Of a stretch of DNA of 64,000 nucleotides, positions 1-9,781 are shown one piece after another. Made by a program: the position numbers and the translations under genes. The notes below the pieces were generated by a model, which saw only the letters and a program-made list of their open reading frames with translations, searched no databases and was not told the origin of the DNA. Numbering within the stretch: the first letter of the stretch is position 1; each line of letters opens with the position of its first letter. The DNA is from Candidatus Bathyarchaeota archaeon (GTDB taxonomy: Archaea; Thermoproteota; Bathyarchaeia; Bathyarchaeales; Bathycorpusculaceae), in NCBI GenBank assembly GCA_963827165.1, contig CAWGZR010000009.1, positions 263,156-327,155 of the forward strand. The letters run 5' to 3'.

Positions 1-616
1 TAAAAGCCAATGCCAACGCCGTGTAGGACAAACCGATTTGGCGGTTAAGAACCTCGTAGACACCAACAAGCCCGAACACCACAAATATAGCTGCTGAAAC
101 CCACTTAAGAATTCTTTCGGGAATATGCTTACCAAGGACAACGCCAAGTGCAATCCCCACGCCGTCTGCAACGAGCATACCCAAAACAGCGCCGAACAGA
201 ACTGCGATGGCGCTTTGGTATTCGGCCGCTAGGCTGATTGTAGTAAGTTGTGTTTTGTCTCCGAACTCCGCGATGAAAAAGGCTGCGGCTACCGTTCCCA
301 CGACTCCAAAACGGCTCGATTTGGTGTTTTCTTCTTTCGGTCTTTCAGGTTTCAGAGTCCACAGGCCAAACCCGATGAAGCTAAGAGACGCCGCAAGAGA
401 AATCACGTCGAGGGGAACGAAAGCGGTTATGACTTGGCCAATTGCTACCATGATTGCGAAATTCGCCACGGTCGCGACAAAGATTCCCAGAAGCACTTTG
501 TACGGGTTATGTTTCGCAGCGAGAGACATAGCTATAAACTGGGTTTTGTCGCCCATCTCTGCCACAACAATGAGGGCGAATGAGGCTGTGAAAGCGGCAA
601 CGCTAAAGAGCAACAC
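1..616 (-). CDS. TMEM165/GDT1 (UPF0016) family membrane protein, 3' end runs off the window
   Basis: Not in the ORF track. Manual minus-strand translation from GTG at 616 gives VLLFSVAAFTASFALIVVAEMGDKTQFIAM and a second copy AEFGDKTQLTTISLA, the two E-x-G-D-K-T signatures of the family. Confidence 0.9.
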   Translation of the reverse strand, partial: MLLFSVAAFTASFALIVVAEMGDKTQFIAMSLAAKHNPYKVLLGIFVATVANFAIMVAIGQVITAFVPLDVISLAASLSFIGFGLWTLKPERPKEENTKSSRFGVVGTVAAAFFIAEFGDKTQLTTISLAAEYQSAIAVLFGAVLGMLVADGVGIALGVVLGKHIPERILKWVSAAIFVVFGLVGVYEVLNRQIGLSYTALALAF

Positions 617-686
617 GGTATTTCAACCTGGTTCAACAGGTTAATTTTTTCTCGCCTGTTTATTTACCTTCTATAACCCTGCGACG

Positions 687-1691
687 TTACAGTGGGGGTT
701 TAGCGATGTTTTGGCTATTAAGTGTCTTCATCCAAAGCTTGAATTCCTCGCCCGGAGGTGCATCTTGGAAAAGCTGCTTACGCCTCGACTCCAAAAACAG
801 ATTTTCTTCGCCTGCGTACTCCGCCGCCGTTAAGATGCTGTGTCCCGCTGTTGATGCCGCCTCAAAAACCCCTTTCAGCTTGCCCATCCAAGCTTCATCC
901 CGAAGGACATGGTGTTCAATGATAGTGACGGGAACCGTTGCAACAATCTGTTCGAGATTCCGAAGAGCGTGCGCTATCTGGGACTTTTCAACTCGCGCGC
1001 CTTCCAGATACAGCGGTGGTCCACCTAGCATAATCAAAGTGGGTTCAACCTCCAAAACTGCATTAAGCGTCGCCTCTGCCATAGGTCCCTGAACGTCGGG
1101 AGCGAACATGAACCTTTGATCCGCGTATTCAACGACCGTCATTATAACCCAACCCAGTATCGAGTTCTCTGAGCCGTGAGCAACGGGTTCGGAGAAGTGA
1201 AGCTGTGTTTTGCCGTAAGTAAAGGTTTTGCCGTCAACTGCCGCAAGGGTTTTAGCGTATTTGCCACCTGTCTGCTGGAACATCCAAGCGCGTTGACGTT
1301 GGCTTGGGTTAATTTGCATCCGCGGGTTCTTCGCTAGCAAAGTTTTGCCCAGATAGATTTGCCTTGCAGTCTGGTTTGCCTCGGTCCAGTTGACTAGCCA
1401 ATCCTCAAACGAGGGCGTGTAATGGTCAAAATGATAATGGCTTATCGTCACTACTTGGGCGCGCTCGGCTGCTTTTGCGATTTTTTTGCGCGATTTGATT
1501 ATAGCTTGGAACTCGGCGGGATGCGGCGGCAAACCAAAGCGCCAGGGGCAAAGTGAAACCCCAGCATCCAAGAGCACCACGACATCAGGCGTTTCCACAA
1601 GCGTACACATCGACCGAACCCCGAAACTCTCTGCCGCCAACGGAGAAACCTGAATACAGCTCAAAGGACTGCTGGCTTTCTGGTTAGTCAA
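687..1691 (-). CDS. UPF0282 family metallo-beta-lactamase-fold hydrolase
   Basis: AAESFGVRSM N-terminus, SHYHFDHY metal motif, D-V-Q-G-P and HHVLRD motifs typical of archaeal UPF0282 proteins. Confidence 0.8.
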   Translation of the reverse strand: MTNQKASSPLSCIQVSPLAAESFGVRSMCTLVETPDVVVLLDAGVSLCPWRFGLPPHPAEFQAIIKSRKKIAKAAERAQVVTISHYHFDHYTPSFEDWLVNWTEANQTARQIYLGKTLLAKNPRMQINPSQRQRAWMFQQTGGKYAKTLAAVDGKTFTYGKTQLHFSEPVAHGSENSILGWVIMTVVEYADQRFMFAPDVQGPMAEATLNAVLEVEPTLIMLGGPPLYLEGARVEKSQIAHALRNLEQIVATVPVTIIEHHVLRDEAWMGKLKGVFEAASTAGHSILTAAEYAGEENLFLESRRKQLFQDAPPGEEFKLWMKTLNSQNIAKPPL

Positions 1692-1865
1692 ATGGGGTCA
1701 CGTCGGAAATTTTGCTATTTGCCTATTGGCCGCGGCGTACTAAATGGTTTACGCTCTGGGCTCACCACGCTTTTTCGTGGGGATTTTGTCAACAAAATGT
1801 AGCTATCTGAACCGAGCGAAAGACCTGCCCCCTCGTGCCGATAACTGCTGAATCAAATAACAATT

Positions 1866-3155
1866 CTATGCACCGATTTTTTTAGCCAGTTCTCCGATGG
1901 GAACGATTGTTTGTTCTCTCTTTGCTAGGTTCCTAAGCATTACCGCGCCCCCCTTGAGTTCACGTTCACCTACGATGACCGCGTAATCCACTTTGCGTTT
2001 GTCAGCATCTTCCAAAGCTTTCGCCATCTTGCGACCCATAACCTCAAACTCAACTATCACGCCCGCCTGCCTCAGCTGCTGAGCAATTTTCAGCGCCTCA
2101 ACCTTAAGGACATCGTTGACTGCGAGCACAAGAATCCGTTTTTCCTCTTCGGTTCCCACTTTTGCGTTTTGCGTTTGAAGCGCTAAAGCGATGCGGTCAA
2201 TTCCGTGGGCGCAGCCCACTGCGGGGGTCGGTTGGCCGCCGAACAATTCAATAAGCTTGTCGTATCTGCCGCCTCCGCCTAACGCAATATCCAATTCAGG
2301 AATGTAAATTTCGAAAATCATCCCTGTGTAATACTCAAGCCCCCGTGCAAAAGCGGGTTCCACAAATTTGACGGGGCATCCGCTCTCAACAACAAGTTTG
2401 AGAATGTCGCATAGGTTTTCCGCGGCAACTTCCGCCATCTCATAACCCGCTACATATGCCTTGACTTTCTCTATAGTTTTGAAGCAATCGTCAGTTTTCA
2501 GCTGCAATAATCCTTCAAGCAGGTCTCGGCATTTTTCCGTCGGCGCCAGTTTGAAGGCTTCGTCATACTCCTTCTTGTCCATGAGCTGCAAAATCGTGTT
2601 CTGGGTTTTTTCTTCAACACCCTCTTGGCTGAGAATCCCACGTACAACGCCGATGTGTCCGATTTTGAAGGCGTAGCCGCGCAGACCCAGAGACTTCATG
2701 AATGTGTCGGTTAGTAGGACGATTTCGGCATCGGCTTCAGGTCGGCTTGAACCCATCAACTCGAAGTTTGACTGATAAAACTCTCGGTAGCGTCCTTTTT
2801 GGGGTTCGTCGTAGCGGTAGACGCTGCCCGCAGAAAACATCCTTAGCGGCTTTGGCTCGTTCTTGAGAGCCGTTGTGGCTAGCCGCGCAATTGATGCGGT
2901 AAATTCTGGGCGTAGCGCCACTTGGCGCTCACCCAAATCCTTAAAGATGAACATGCGCTGGCGAATTTCCTCGCCCGACTTGGCGCTTAACAGCTCAAAA
3001 GACTCAACAACTGGGGTAACCACTTCTTTGTAACCGTAAAGCCGGGCTGTTTCCCGTGCTTTACCGATAATCCTTATAAAGGCTTGGGCATCTTCGCCGA
3101 GCAAATCGCGCATTCCGCGAACAGTTTGAAAAGAAGGCATGAGGTTTTTCTCCAT
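1866..3155 (-). CDS. hisS: Histidine--tRNA ligase
   Basis: RGMRD, LRPEFT, YRYDEPQKGRYREFYQ (motif 2), RGLEYYTG, GGGRYD and a C-terminal anticodon-binding domain. Confidence 0.97.
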   Translation of the reverse strand: MEKNLMPSFQTVRGMRDLLGEDAQAFIRIIGKARETARLYGYKEVVTPVVESFELLSAKSGEEIRQRMFIFKDLGERQVALRPEFTASIARLATTALKNEPKPLRMFSAGSVYRYDEPQKGRYREFYQSNFELMGSSRPEADAEIVLLTDTFMKSLGLRGYAFKIGHIGVVRGILSQEGVEEKTQNTILQLMDKKEYDEAFKLAPTEKCRDLLEGLLQLKTDDCFKTIEKVKAYVAGYEMAEVAAENLCDILKLVVESGCPVKFVEPAFARGLEYYTGMIFEIYIPELDIALGGGGRYDKLIELFGGQPTPAVGCAHGIDRIALALQTQNAKVGTEEEKRILVLAVNDVLKVEALKIAQQLRQAGVIVEFEVMGRKMAKALEDADKRKVDYAVIVGERELKGGAVMLRNLAKREQTIVPIGELAKKIGA

Positions 3156-3902
3156 TGCTTAAAAGGACACAATTATTCTTTTAAACTCTCTGATGGGGCT
3201 TGAAAGCTACAGTTCCACCGACTTATCAATGCACTATCCGTCTTACTGATAGAAAAAACTACGCTGCATTCAGTTTCGGCAAAAGAAACAAGCGCCAAAT
3301 CAAAGATCACAAAAAATAGGGAAAAGTGTGTTTGGCGGGTCAAAGCACCTTTTGGACCAGACGCGCGCAAGGTTCTCATTTTGGGCTAAGTAGCCTCCGT
3401 GTCCTGCCAATGTTGACCCAGCCAATTGTTTTCCGTTGGGGGTATTTTTCCCGTTTTAATTGTACCTGAATCTTTCAATAAAGGGCTTTTTGATGGTTTT
3501 TTTGTACTTCGAAGTTCAAGAAAATTAATCGCACAAAAAAACAATGGCAATTAGAAGAGAAAAGCCAACTTGCCACAATAATTTCACATTTTTATGGGAT
3601 GCAGTTGCAAAAAACAGGCCATAATATTCATTTTTGCTCCGTGCATGTGTCGATTTTCATGTGTATTCTTGAGTTTTCACGACGCCGTTATCGAATGTTG
3701 GTCGAACCGCGGGTTCTCGAAAGAAAATCGAGCCAACTCATTTTAGCTTGTGTCCTTATACTTTTATGCTCATACGCCTAGCAAAGCTAAAAAATCACCA
3801 AGAAGTACTTGGGAACAAGTTATATATGGAATAGCGGAGTTACTTTTTTAGAGCTTGTTCTATGCGTTAGCCCACCGAGAGATGTGGAGGTTAAAAAAAA
3901 TT

Positions 3903-4376
3903 ATGAGCAAATCGGTTGTACCTAAACTAAAGATAAGTGAGATATCTCAGATCGGAATCGTTGTCAGGGATTTGCGGAAGGCAGTGGATAACTATTGGAT
4001 GACCTTTGGAATTGGCCCTTGGCAGGTAGTCAAAATGGAACCGCCGATTCTCAGGGAAGTGACTCTGCGGGGGAAACCCGTTGGGACATCAATGCTGGCG
4101 GCAGTTGCACAAAGTGGTAACATTCAACTGGAACTTATTCAGCCCCTCGATGGTCCGAGCATCTGGAAGGAGTTCCTGGAAGGAAGGGGTGAGGGTCTCC
4201 ATCACGTTCAGCCGCTTGTTCAAGACCCTAAAGTTGTTCTCGCCGCACTCAGGGAAATGGGAGTTAACGTACTCATGAGTGGCAAGATCGGTGACAACGT
4301 ATTCCACTACATGGATACTGAGCCACTTCTGGGAATAATTTGCGAGGTTATCGATACCGGCTCGCAAAAGTTGTAA
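3903..4376 (+). CDS. VOC/glyoxalase family protein (methylmalonyl-CoA epimerase-like)
   Basis: QIGIVVRDL, ELIQP and GEGLHHV motifs. ATG at 3903 is preferred over the TTG at 3855. Confidence 0.8.
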   Translation: MSKSVVPKLKISEISQIGIVVRDLRKAVDNYWMTFGIGPWQVVKMEPPILREVTLRGKPVGTSMLAAVAQSGNIQLELIQPLDGPSIWKEFLEGRGEGLHHVQPLVQDPKVVLAALREMGVNVLMSGKIGDNVFHYMDTEPLLGIICEVIDTGSQKL

Positions 4377-4812
4377 TCGAGCCCAATCATGCGAATAAAC
4401 CACTGACCAAATACACAAGAGAATTACTCCCTAAGCAATCAGCAGCTGGTGCAAGCAAGTAATTCTCTCTGGCTAATTTGATCTAGGAAAATTTGCCAAG
4501 TACTAAACGAAAAAATTTTGGGACGCCGGTCGTCGTTACTTTCTTTTTAGATCAAGTAGTCTTCGAATTGCAATATTCCTTGAATTATGAGATAAGCGCC
4601 AACGAGGAATGACAAAAACTGTGGAAGCGTCCCCACAAAAATCCCGAAGAGAATATTGATCAAAGCATGCACAGGCTTTGAAACGTCAACGCCATTCTCT
4701 CTAGAGCTTTTTCAATTCCCTCAATCATGCATTAAACCTCTGCAGTTATCGGAGGCGCTGATTTGCAAAAAAAAAAATTAAGAAAAAAAAGAAAAAACGG
4801 GTTCTTTTTGTT

Positions 4813-5226
4813 TTAACCAACGATCTGCGTTATATCTTTGATTATTGTTTTTTCTACCTCTCGAGTCCAAAGCATTTCGGGCACGTCAACAGCTAGAAAC
4901 AGCCAAGTTAGGAGAATGGTTTCGACTGCTACAACGCTTAAGTTTTGAATTAACTTGCCTATGCCGACATGGATTGTGAAATCGTTAGGTTGTCCCGCTA
5001 TTAAGATTGTAAATGCCCTATTCGCGTCGATTATGCCTCTCAAAACTCCGGCTTTTTGCGCTTGAATGATGATACCCAAGGGAGCAGTGGTTGACTGCGT
5101 TTTATAGCCTTCAGCGATTAATTTTTGAATAATCTGTTGCGATAGCTGGTTCAATTCCTTGTTTTTTCCTTGAAAGCGAATAACTTTTTCAGAGTAGTGG
5201 TCAGGTTTAATTTTTGTTTCTTGCAT
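4813..5226 (-). CDS. Hypothetical protein
   Basis: 137-aa ATG ORF with a GAGG RBS-like sequence upstream and a T-rich tract downstream on the minus strand. Confidence 0.65.
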   Translation of the reverse strand: MQETKIKPDHYSEKVIRFQGKNKELNQLSQQIIQKLIAEGYKTQSTTAPLGIIIQAQKAGVLRGIIDANRAFTILIAGQPNDFTIHVGIGKLIQNLSVVAVETILLTWLFLAVDVPEMLWTREVEKTIIKDITQIVG

Positions 5227-5434
5227 TTTAGTGGTTCCTCAATCGAACACTCTTAAAATCATTTATAACGGTATGTTGTCGTTGCTCGACCATCACAAAC
5301 AGATGATCTGATTGACCTGTGATAACACTTCCTTTATCTTAATGCCGAAGTTAGTCCATGCCTTGGCCCATTTAACCCTTGAACTCATTTTATAGACGTC
5401 AATTCAAACTCAAAAGTAGCTGAGACGCGGCAGC

Positions 5435-6244
5435 TTATAGTTTGCGAGCTTCCACTTCTAGGCGGATCATGCCGACATGAACCAGACCTGACTCATCAGC
5501 GGGATGCGCTTTCAGGTAGCGGTCAACGATTTCTTGGACGAATTTTGCCCTGAGTTCGATTGGAAGCCTGTCGGTGAATGGCAGCCACGTTGTTCGTACC
5601 CACCCAGCTAAGCCTTCAGCACCGTTATGTTTCATATCTCGGGGAAAAAGCTCAACCCGTTCGGCTACTAAACCAGCCTCTTGTAAGAGAACTCGGTATT
5701 CTTCTGGGTCGAAGAAGCCATAGGGAAACGGCATTTGGCTGAAAAACGCGTGCCACGGCTCCAAATCAGCCAATTCGCTAAGGATGCACAGTACATCTTT
5801 AGCGTTACCTTTGCCAGCCATCTGAAAAAGCAGCCTACCGCCTGGTTTTAGGCTTCTTTGAACGCCATCCAAAACGGCTTTTTGGTCGACTATCCAGTGC
5901 AATGCGGCATTAGAGAATGCTATATCAAATTGTGATCGAAAAGTGAGCGTTCTCGCATCCAACATTTGAAAAGACAGGTTGGGATAATTTTTCGGGGGGA
6001 AGAAACTTTGCGCAAGGGTTATCATTTTTTCTGAGCTGTCAACTCCCACCACCCAGCCTCCGGGTAGGCACCGTGCGAGCTCTGCGGTGATTTTTCCGTC
6101 GCCGCAGCCGATGTCCAACATTGCTTCGTTTCCGTTGAGTTCTAGTTTGGGGATAAGTTCTTTAGCCCATTGGAACTGGTTTTGGCTGTTTATAGCGTAA
6201 TCTTGAGCGTTCCAGTTGTAAGGCTGAGTTGTGATATCTTGCAT
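5435..6244 (-). CDS. Class I SAM-dependent methyltransferase (trans-aconitate methyltransferase-like)
   Basis: LDIGCGDG motif I, FSNAALHW and LKPGG. Confidence 0.88.
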   Translation of the reverse strand: MQDITTQPYNWNAQDYAINSQNQFQWAKELIPKLELNGNEAMLDIGCGDGKITAELARCLPGGWVVGVDSSEKMITLAQSFFPPKNYPNLSFQMLDARTLTFRSQFDIAFSNAALHWIVDQKAVLDGVQRSLKPGGRLLFQMAGKGNAKDVLCILSELADLEPWHAFFSQMPFPYGFFDPEEYRVLLQEAGLVAERVELFPRDMKHNGAEGLAGWVRTTWLPFTDRLPIELRAKFVQEIVDRYLKAHPADESGLVHVGMIRLEVEARKL

Positions 6245-6247
6245 CTC

Positions 6248-6799
6248 CTATTTGAATGCCATTTGCGAGAGGGAATAATAAACGATTTCTCCTCGGCGGT
6301 TCATCACGGCCAGCACCATCTCTTTCTTTTGGCTTTGAACCTGGCGCAAAGCATCAGCCATCTGGTCTATGCCCAATGGTTTTCCCTCTTGGATGCTCAA
6401 AACCAAATAAGGCGCTGTATCCTTGCCATACCCGCCGCGCTCGTAAACCCGAAAGTCAATGCCACCGCCGAAACCTTCTCGCGCAACGTAGCCTCGGCTT
6501 CTCAGGTCGCGGTAGACCATGTAGCTAACCCAAGCGTTCTCGTTTACGACTTCGTAGCAACGGAGAAGACCCTGGAAATCCACCGCTTTAGCTTTGCTAT
6601 CTTTGACTTCAAGCATATCCTTATCCGCAAGATAGAGCGCTTCAAAGAAGGTAAGTGTGAAAATTTTCTCCGCCAGCGTGCCGTATCCGCGGGAGTTTAG
6701 TGCGTCGATGCTGCTTTGTTCTGCTACCACTACGCCTTTTTCCGCGAGGGTGCCGTTTGTTCGAAATTCTGGCGGCGAGGGTTTTTTGTTCTCGGTCAT
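6248..6799 (-). CDS. endA: tRNA-intron (splicing) endonuclease subunit, probably structural rather than catalytic
   Basis: L-x-x-x-EALYL and VYRDLRSRGY...DFRVYERG. The expected catalytic His position reads Thr (KDTAPYLV). Confidence 0.85.
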   Translation of the reverse strand: MTENKKPSPPEFRTNGTLAEKGVVVAEQSSIDALNSRGYGTLAEKIFTLTFFEALYLADKDMLEVKDSKAKAVDFQGLLRCYEVVNENAWVSYMVYRDLRSRGYVAREGFGGGIDFRVYERGGYGKDTAPYLVLSIQEGKPLGIDQMADALRQVQSQKKEMVLAVMNRRGEIVYYSLSQMAFK

Positions 6800-6899
6800 A
6801 GGTTAGATCACCGTAGCAGGCTTCATTTTGGGGTTGTCGGCTCTTTAACGTTATGCTTGGCGAAAACCTATTTTACTCCAATTCTAAGAAACTGATAAA

Positions 6900-8228
6900 T
6901 TGGTTTATGCTGTAACTGGATGTTTAGGTGTCAGTTTGGTTTCTGAAAAAGGCGGGCGTATTCTTGGGTGTCAAATTGCTACGTCAAATTCCGTGAAAAT
7001 GCATAAGCTGCGAAGGTTCATGGCGTCGCTTTCAATTGAAGAAGGAAGAGGGGCCGAGTTTGTTTCGGTCTACGTGCCTCAGGAATCATCTGTAGATAAC
7101 ATAGTGGCAAACCTGAAGTGTGAGTTGGATTCCGTCGAAATAAAATATGAAGATGCAAGAGACGTTATGAATCGCCTTCAAGAAGCCCTCAAAAACGTGA
7201 TCCAGCGTTTAAAAATGCTGAAGGAAATCCCGGAGAACGGATATGCACTTTTTGCTGGAACATTCTCAGCGAACGATTTAGAGGTCGAAATGTTGAACGT
7301 CGAAGAGCTTGTACCGCCGGAACCGATAGTTGCCTATCTTTGCCGGGTCGACAATCATTTCCACTTGGAGCCGCTGAGAGAAATGCTGAGAAGCCAAAAA
7401 GTTGTGGGAATCTTAACCGTGGATTCCAAGGAAGCCAGCTTCGGATTACTCAGCGGTGAACGCTTCGATTTTATCGAGAATATCACGTCAGGGATTCATG
7501 GGAAGTCTGGGAAGGGGGGCTCAAGTCAAAGGCGCTATGAACGTGAACGCGATATGGCAGTCACATATTTTTTCCATCGGATCGCGGAGCATGCAACGAA
7601 GGATTTTTTGGAAATCCATAAGGTTACGGCGTTGGCGGTGGGAGGACCTGGTCCGACAAAACAGGATTTCTTGAAGGGCGATTTCCTGAATTACGAGCTC
7701 AAGAATAGGCTTGTAAGCGTGGTTGACACGCAATCAACTAGTCAAGAGGGGGTGCGAGAAGTGCTTGAGAAATCGGCTGATGCGTTGAAGAACATGTGTG
7801 CGCCTGAGGAAAAGATGATGATGCAGCGGTTTCTGGGAGAATTAGGCAAGGAACATGGGTTGGCTACTTACGGGTTAGATTCAGTTTTGACTGCTCTCAA
7901 TAGGAGCGAGGTCGAAGTTGCGTTGGTGACAGATTGCACGGACATGACTGAAATCGTGGCGGTTTGTAAAAGATGCGGATATTTGCGAGCAAAGATTGTG
8001 CCTAAGGCGCATAAGCAGCTCACTATTCAGGAAATGGCGTCGCATCCATGCGAGAAATGCCGCGGCGTTGAATATATCGTGGAAGAGAAAGATATTGTTG
8101 ATGTACTGGAGGATTTGGCTTCGCAAACAAACGCGGCGGTTGAAGTGATTTCTACCGAGTCGGAGGAAAAAGCAAGGCTCGCTGCTCTAGGCGGATTTGG
8201 TGCTATCCTAAGATACAATCCCAGATAA
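6900..8228 (+). CDS. Peptide chain release factor aRF1 paralog with altered motifs
   Basis: Three-domain aRF1 layout (SVYVP, PPEPI..Y...DNHFHLEPL, GGPGPTK, Zn ribbon, GGFGAILRY). GGQ is replaced by GGSSQ and NIKS is absent. True start is uncertain (6900-6999). Confidence 0.85.
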   Translation: MVYAVTGCLGVSLVSEKGGRILGCQIATSNSVKMHKLRRFMASLSIEEGRGAEFVSVYVPQESSVDNIVANLKCELDSVEIKYEDARDVMNRLQEALKNVIQRLKMLKEIPENGYALFAGTFSANDLEVEMLNVEELVPPEPIVAYLCRVDNHFHLEPLREMLRSQKVVGILTVDSKEASFGLLSGERFDFIENITSGIHGKSGKGGSSQRRYERERDMAVTYFFHRIAEHATKDFLEIHKVTALAVGGPGPTKQDFLKGDFLNYELKNRLVSVVDTQSTSQEGVREVLEKSADALKNMCAPEEKMMMQRFLGELGKEHGLATYGLDSVLTALNRSEVEVALVTDCTDMTEIVAVCKRCGYLRAKIVPKAHKQLTIQEMASHPCEKCRGVEYIVEEKDIVDVLEDLASQTNAAVEVISTESEEKARLAALGGFGAILRYNPR

Positions 8229-8259
8229 AAGGAAGCGATCGCGGAAACCTCTTTCCAGA

Positions 8260-9288
8260 TTATTCCACTGGTGCGGTTTTCGTAAATTCGCCGTAGTCTT
8301 TGGGGTAGTAAACTTGGGTTTCGCAGATTATGGCTGACACGTATTTGAGTGGAGTAATGTCGAAAGCGGGGTTCATTACTTTGGCGCCGTCAGGTGCGAT
8401 TTGTACTGAGCCGACGTGGGTGACTTCTTCTGGTTTGCGCTCTTCAATCACCACATCCTCCGACGTGTGTGCCAGATCGAAAGTGGATTTAGGTGCCGCA
8501 ACATAAAACGGAATACCATGCTCATGCGCCAGCACCGCGACTGAGTAAGTTCCAATTTTGTTTACGACGCCATCTTGCACGATGCGGTCAGAACCTACGA
8601 TAACCTTGTCAACGAGTCCTCTGCTCATGACGTAACCCGCCATGTTATCCGTTATCAAAGTAACAGGTATCCCATCACGCATAAGCTCATAAGCCGTAAG
8701 CCGCGCACCTTGAAGAAGCGGTCGGGTTTCATCGGCGATAACCTCGATTTTTTTGCCTTCTTCCCAAGCCGCGCGGATAACACCCAATGCCGTGCCGTAT
8801 TCGACAGTAGCCAATTCGCCGGCGTTGCAATGGGTCAAAATCGTGTCCATATCTTCTATGAGTACGGAGCCATTTTTGCCGATGGCACGGTTCTGAGATG
8901 CGTCTTCATCAGCAATACTCTGCGCGTCCAAAATCACCGCCTGCTTTATGGCTTCAACACCGCCCTTAGTGCTTCGTGCTTTACCCAGAACTCGGTCTAC
9001 CCCCCAGAAAAGATTCACCGCGGTTGGACGCTGCCGCTTGATTGTGGCGCCAGCATCCTCAAGTTCAGAAAGAAGTCTTTCTCTGACTGTGGCATTCGAA
9101 TGGTAAGCTGCTAACGCAACGGCGAAACCTGCCGCAGCACCCAGCAGAGGGGCACCCCTGACGCGCAGGTTTTTTATGGCTTCGGCCATTTGCTCAACCG
9201 TCTTAATTTCCAAGATAACTTCTTTAAGGGGAAGTTTGGTTTGGTCGGGGGTGATTACTGTCCCGTTTAGCCATTGAATCATACGCAT
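8260..9288 (-). CDS. mtnA: S-methyl-5-thioribose-1-phosphate isomerase
   Basis: VRGAP, RPTAVNL, LTHCNAG, ETRPLLQGARLT, NKIGTY and NPAFDITP. Confidence 0.92.
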   Translation of the reverse strand: MRMIQWLNGTVITPDQTKLPLKEVILEIKTVEQMAEAIKNLRVRGAPLLGAAAGFAVALAAYHSNATVRERLLSELEDAGATIKRQRPTAVNLFWGVDRVLGKARSTKGGVEAIKQAVILDAQSIADEDASQNRAIGKNGSVLIEDMDTILTHCNAGELATVEYGTALGVIRAAWEEGKKIEVIADETRPLLQGARLTAYELMRDGIPVTLITDNMAGYVMSRGLVDKVIVGSDRIVQDGVVNKIGTYSVAVLAHEHGIPFYVAAPKSTFDLAHTSEDVVIEERKPEEVTHVGSVQIAPDGAKVMNPAFDITPLKYVSAIICETQVYYPKDYGEFTKTAPVE

Positions 9289-9338
9289 ATTTTGTGCCTC
9301 AACATAACTGTGTTACTCGTTAGTTGGATGCGCCTTGG

Positions 9339-9743
9339 TTAAAGATTTTCTGTTTTAAGAATGGATCGTTGGACTAAATCGTAGAGGTTTCCATACAGAT
9401 CCTCGAAAACGACTTCCATACCCCAAGCCTGTTCGGTGGGTTCACCGTAGAACTTGACGCCTCTGGCTTTCATCGCTGTGTAATCCCGCTTGCAATCGTC
9501 AGTTTCCAAAGTCATAAAAACATGATCTCCCGCCTGCCTGCCCAGCGCCTTCCGCTTACCCTCAGTATCGGCGAAAACAAAAGTCAATTCAAGGTCAGGC
9601 TGATCTCTGGGAGAAATCGTAACCCAGCGCATGTCACCCCAAAATTTCGTGTCTTGCCGTTTCACAAAACCCAGCTTCTCAACGTAAAAATCTGCGGCTT
9701 CATCAAAATCCTTAACTAACAATGTTAAGTGACCAATTTTCAT
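9339..9743 (-). CDS. VOC/glyoxalase family protein
   Basis: HLTLLVKD..EAADFY..KLGF and WG..VVFEDLYGN. Confidence 0.85.
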   Translation of the reverse strand: MKIGHLTLLVKDFDEAADFYVEKLGFVKRQDTKFWGDMRWVTISPRDQPDLELTFVFADTEGKRKALGRQAGDHVFMTLETDDCKRDYTAMKARGVKFYGEPTEQAWGMEVVFEDLYGNLYDLVQRSILKTENL

Positions 9744-9781
9744 AGATTCATCCGCCTAAAAAGAAGGTTTAGATGCGCTAA

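Noticed and set aside
207-644. Plus-strand ORFs 207-644 and 248-583
   Set aside because: Antisense shadows of the GDT1 gene on the minus strand.
3250-3320. Possible further copy of the dispersed leader on the minus strand
   Set aside because: Similarity is limited to T-rich low-complexity sequence and no 10-bp array follows.
4766-4800. Long A tract here and T tract at 15413-15434
   Set aside because: Consistent with ordinary archaeal T-rich terminators or the array tail; homopolymer lengths are unreliable in this assembly.
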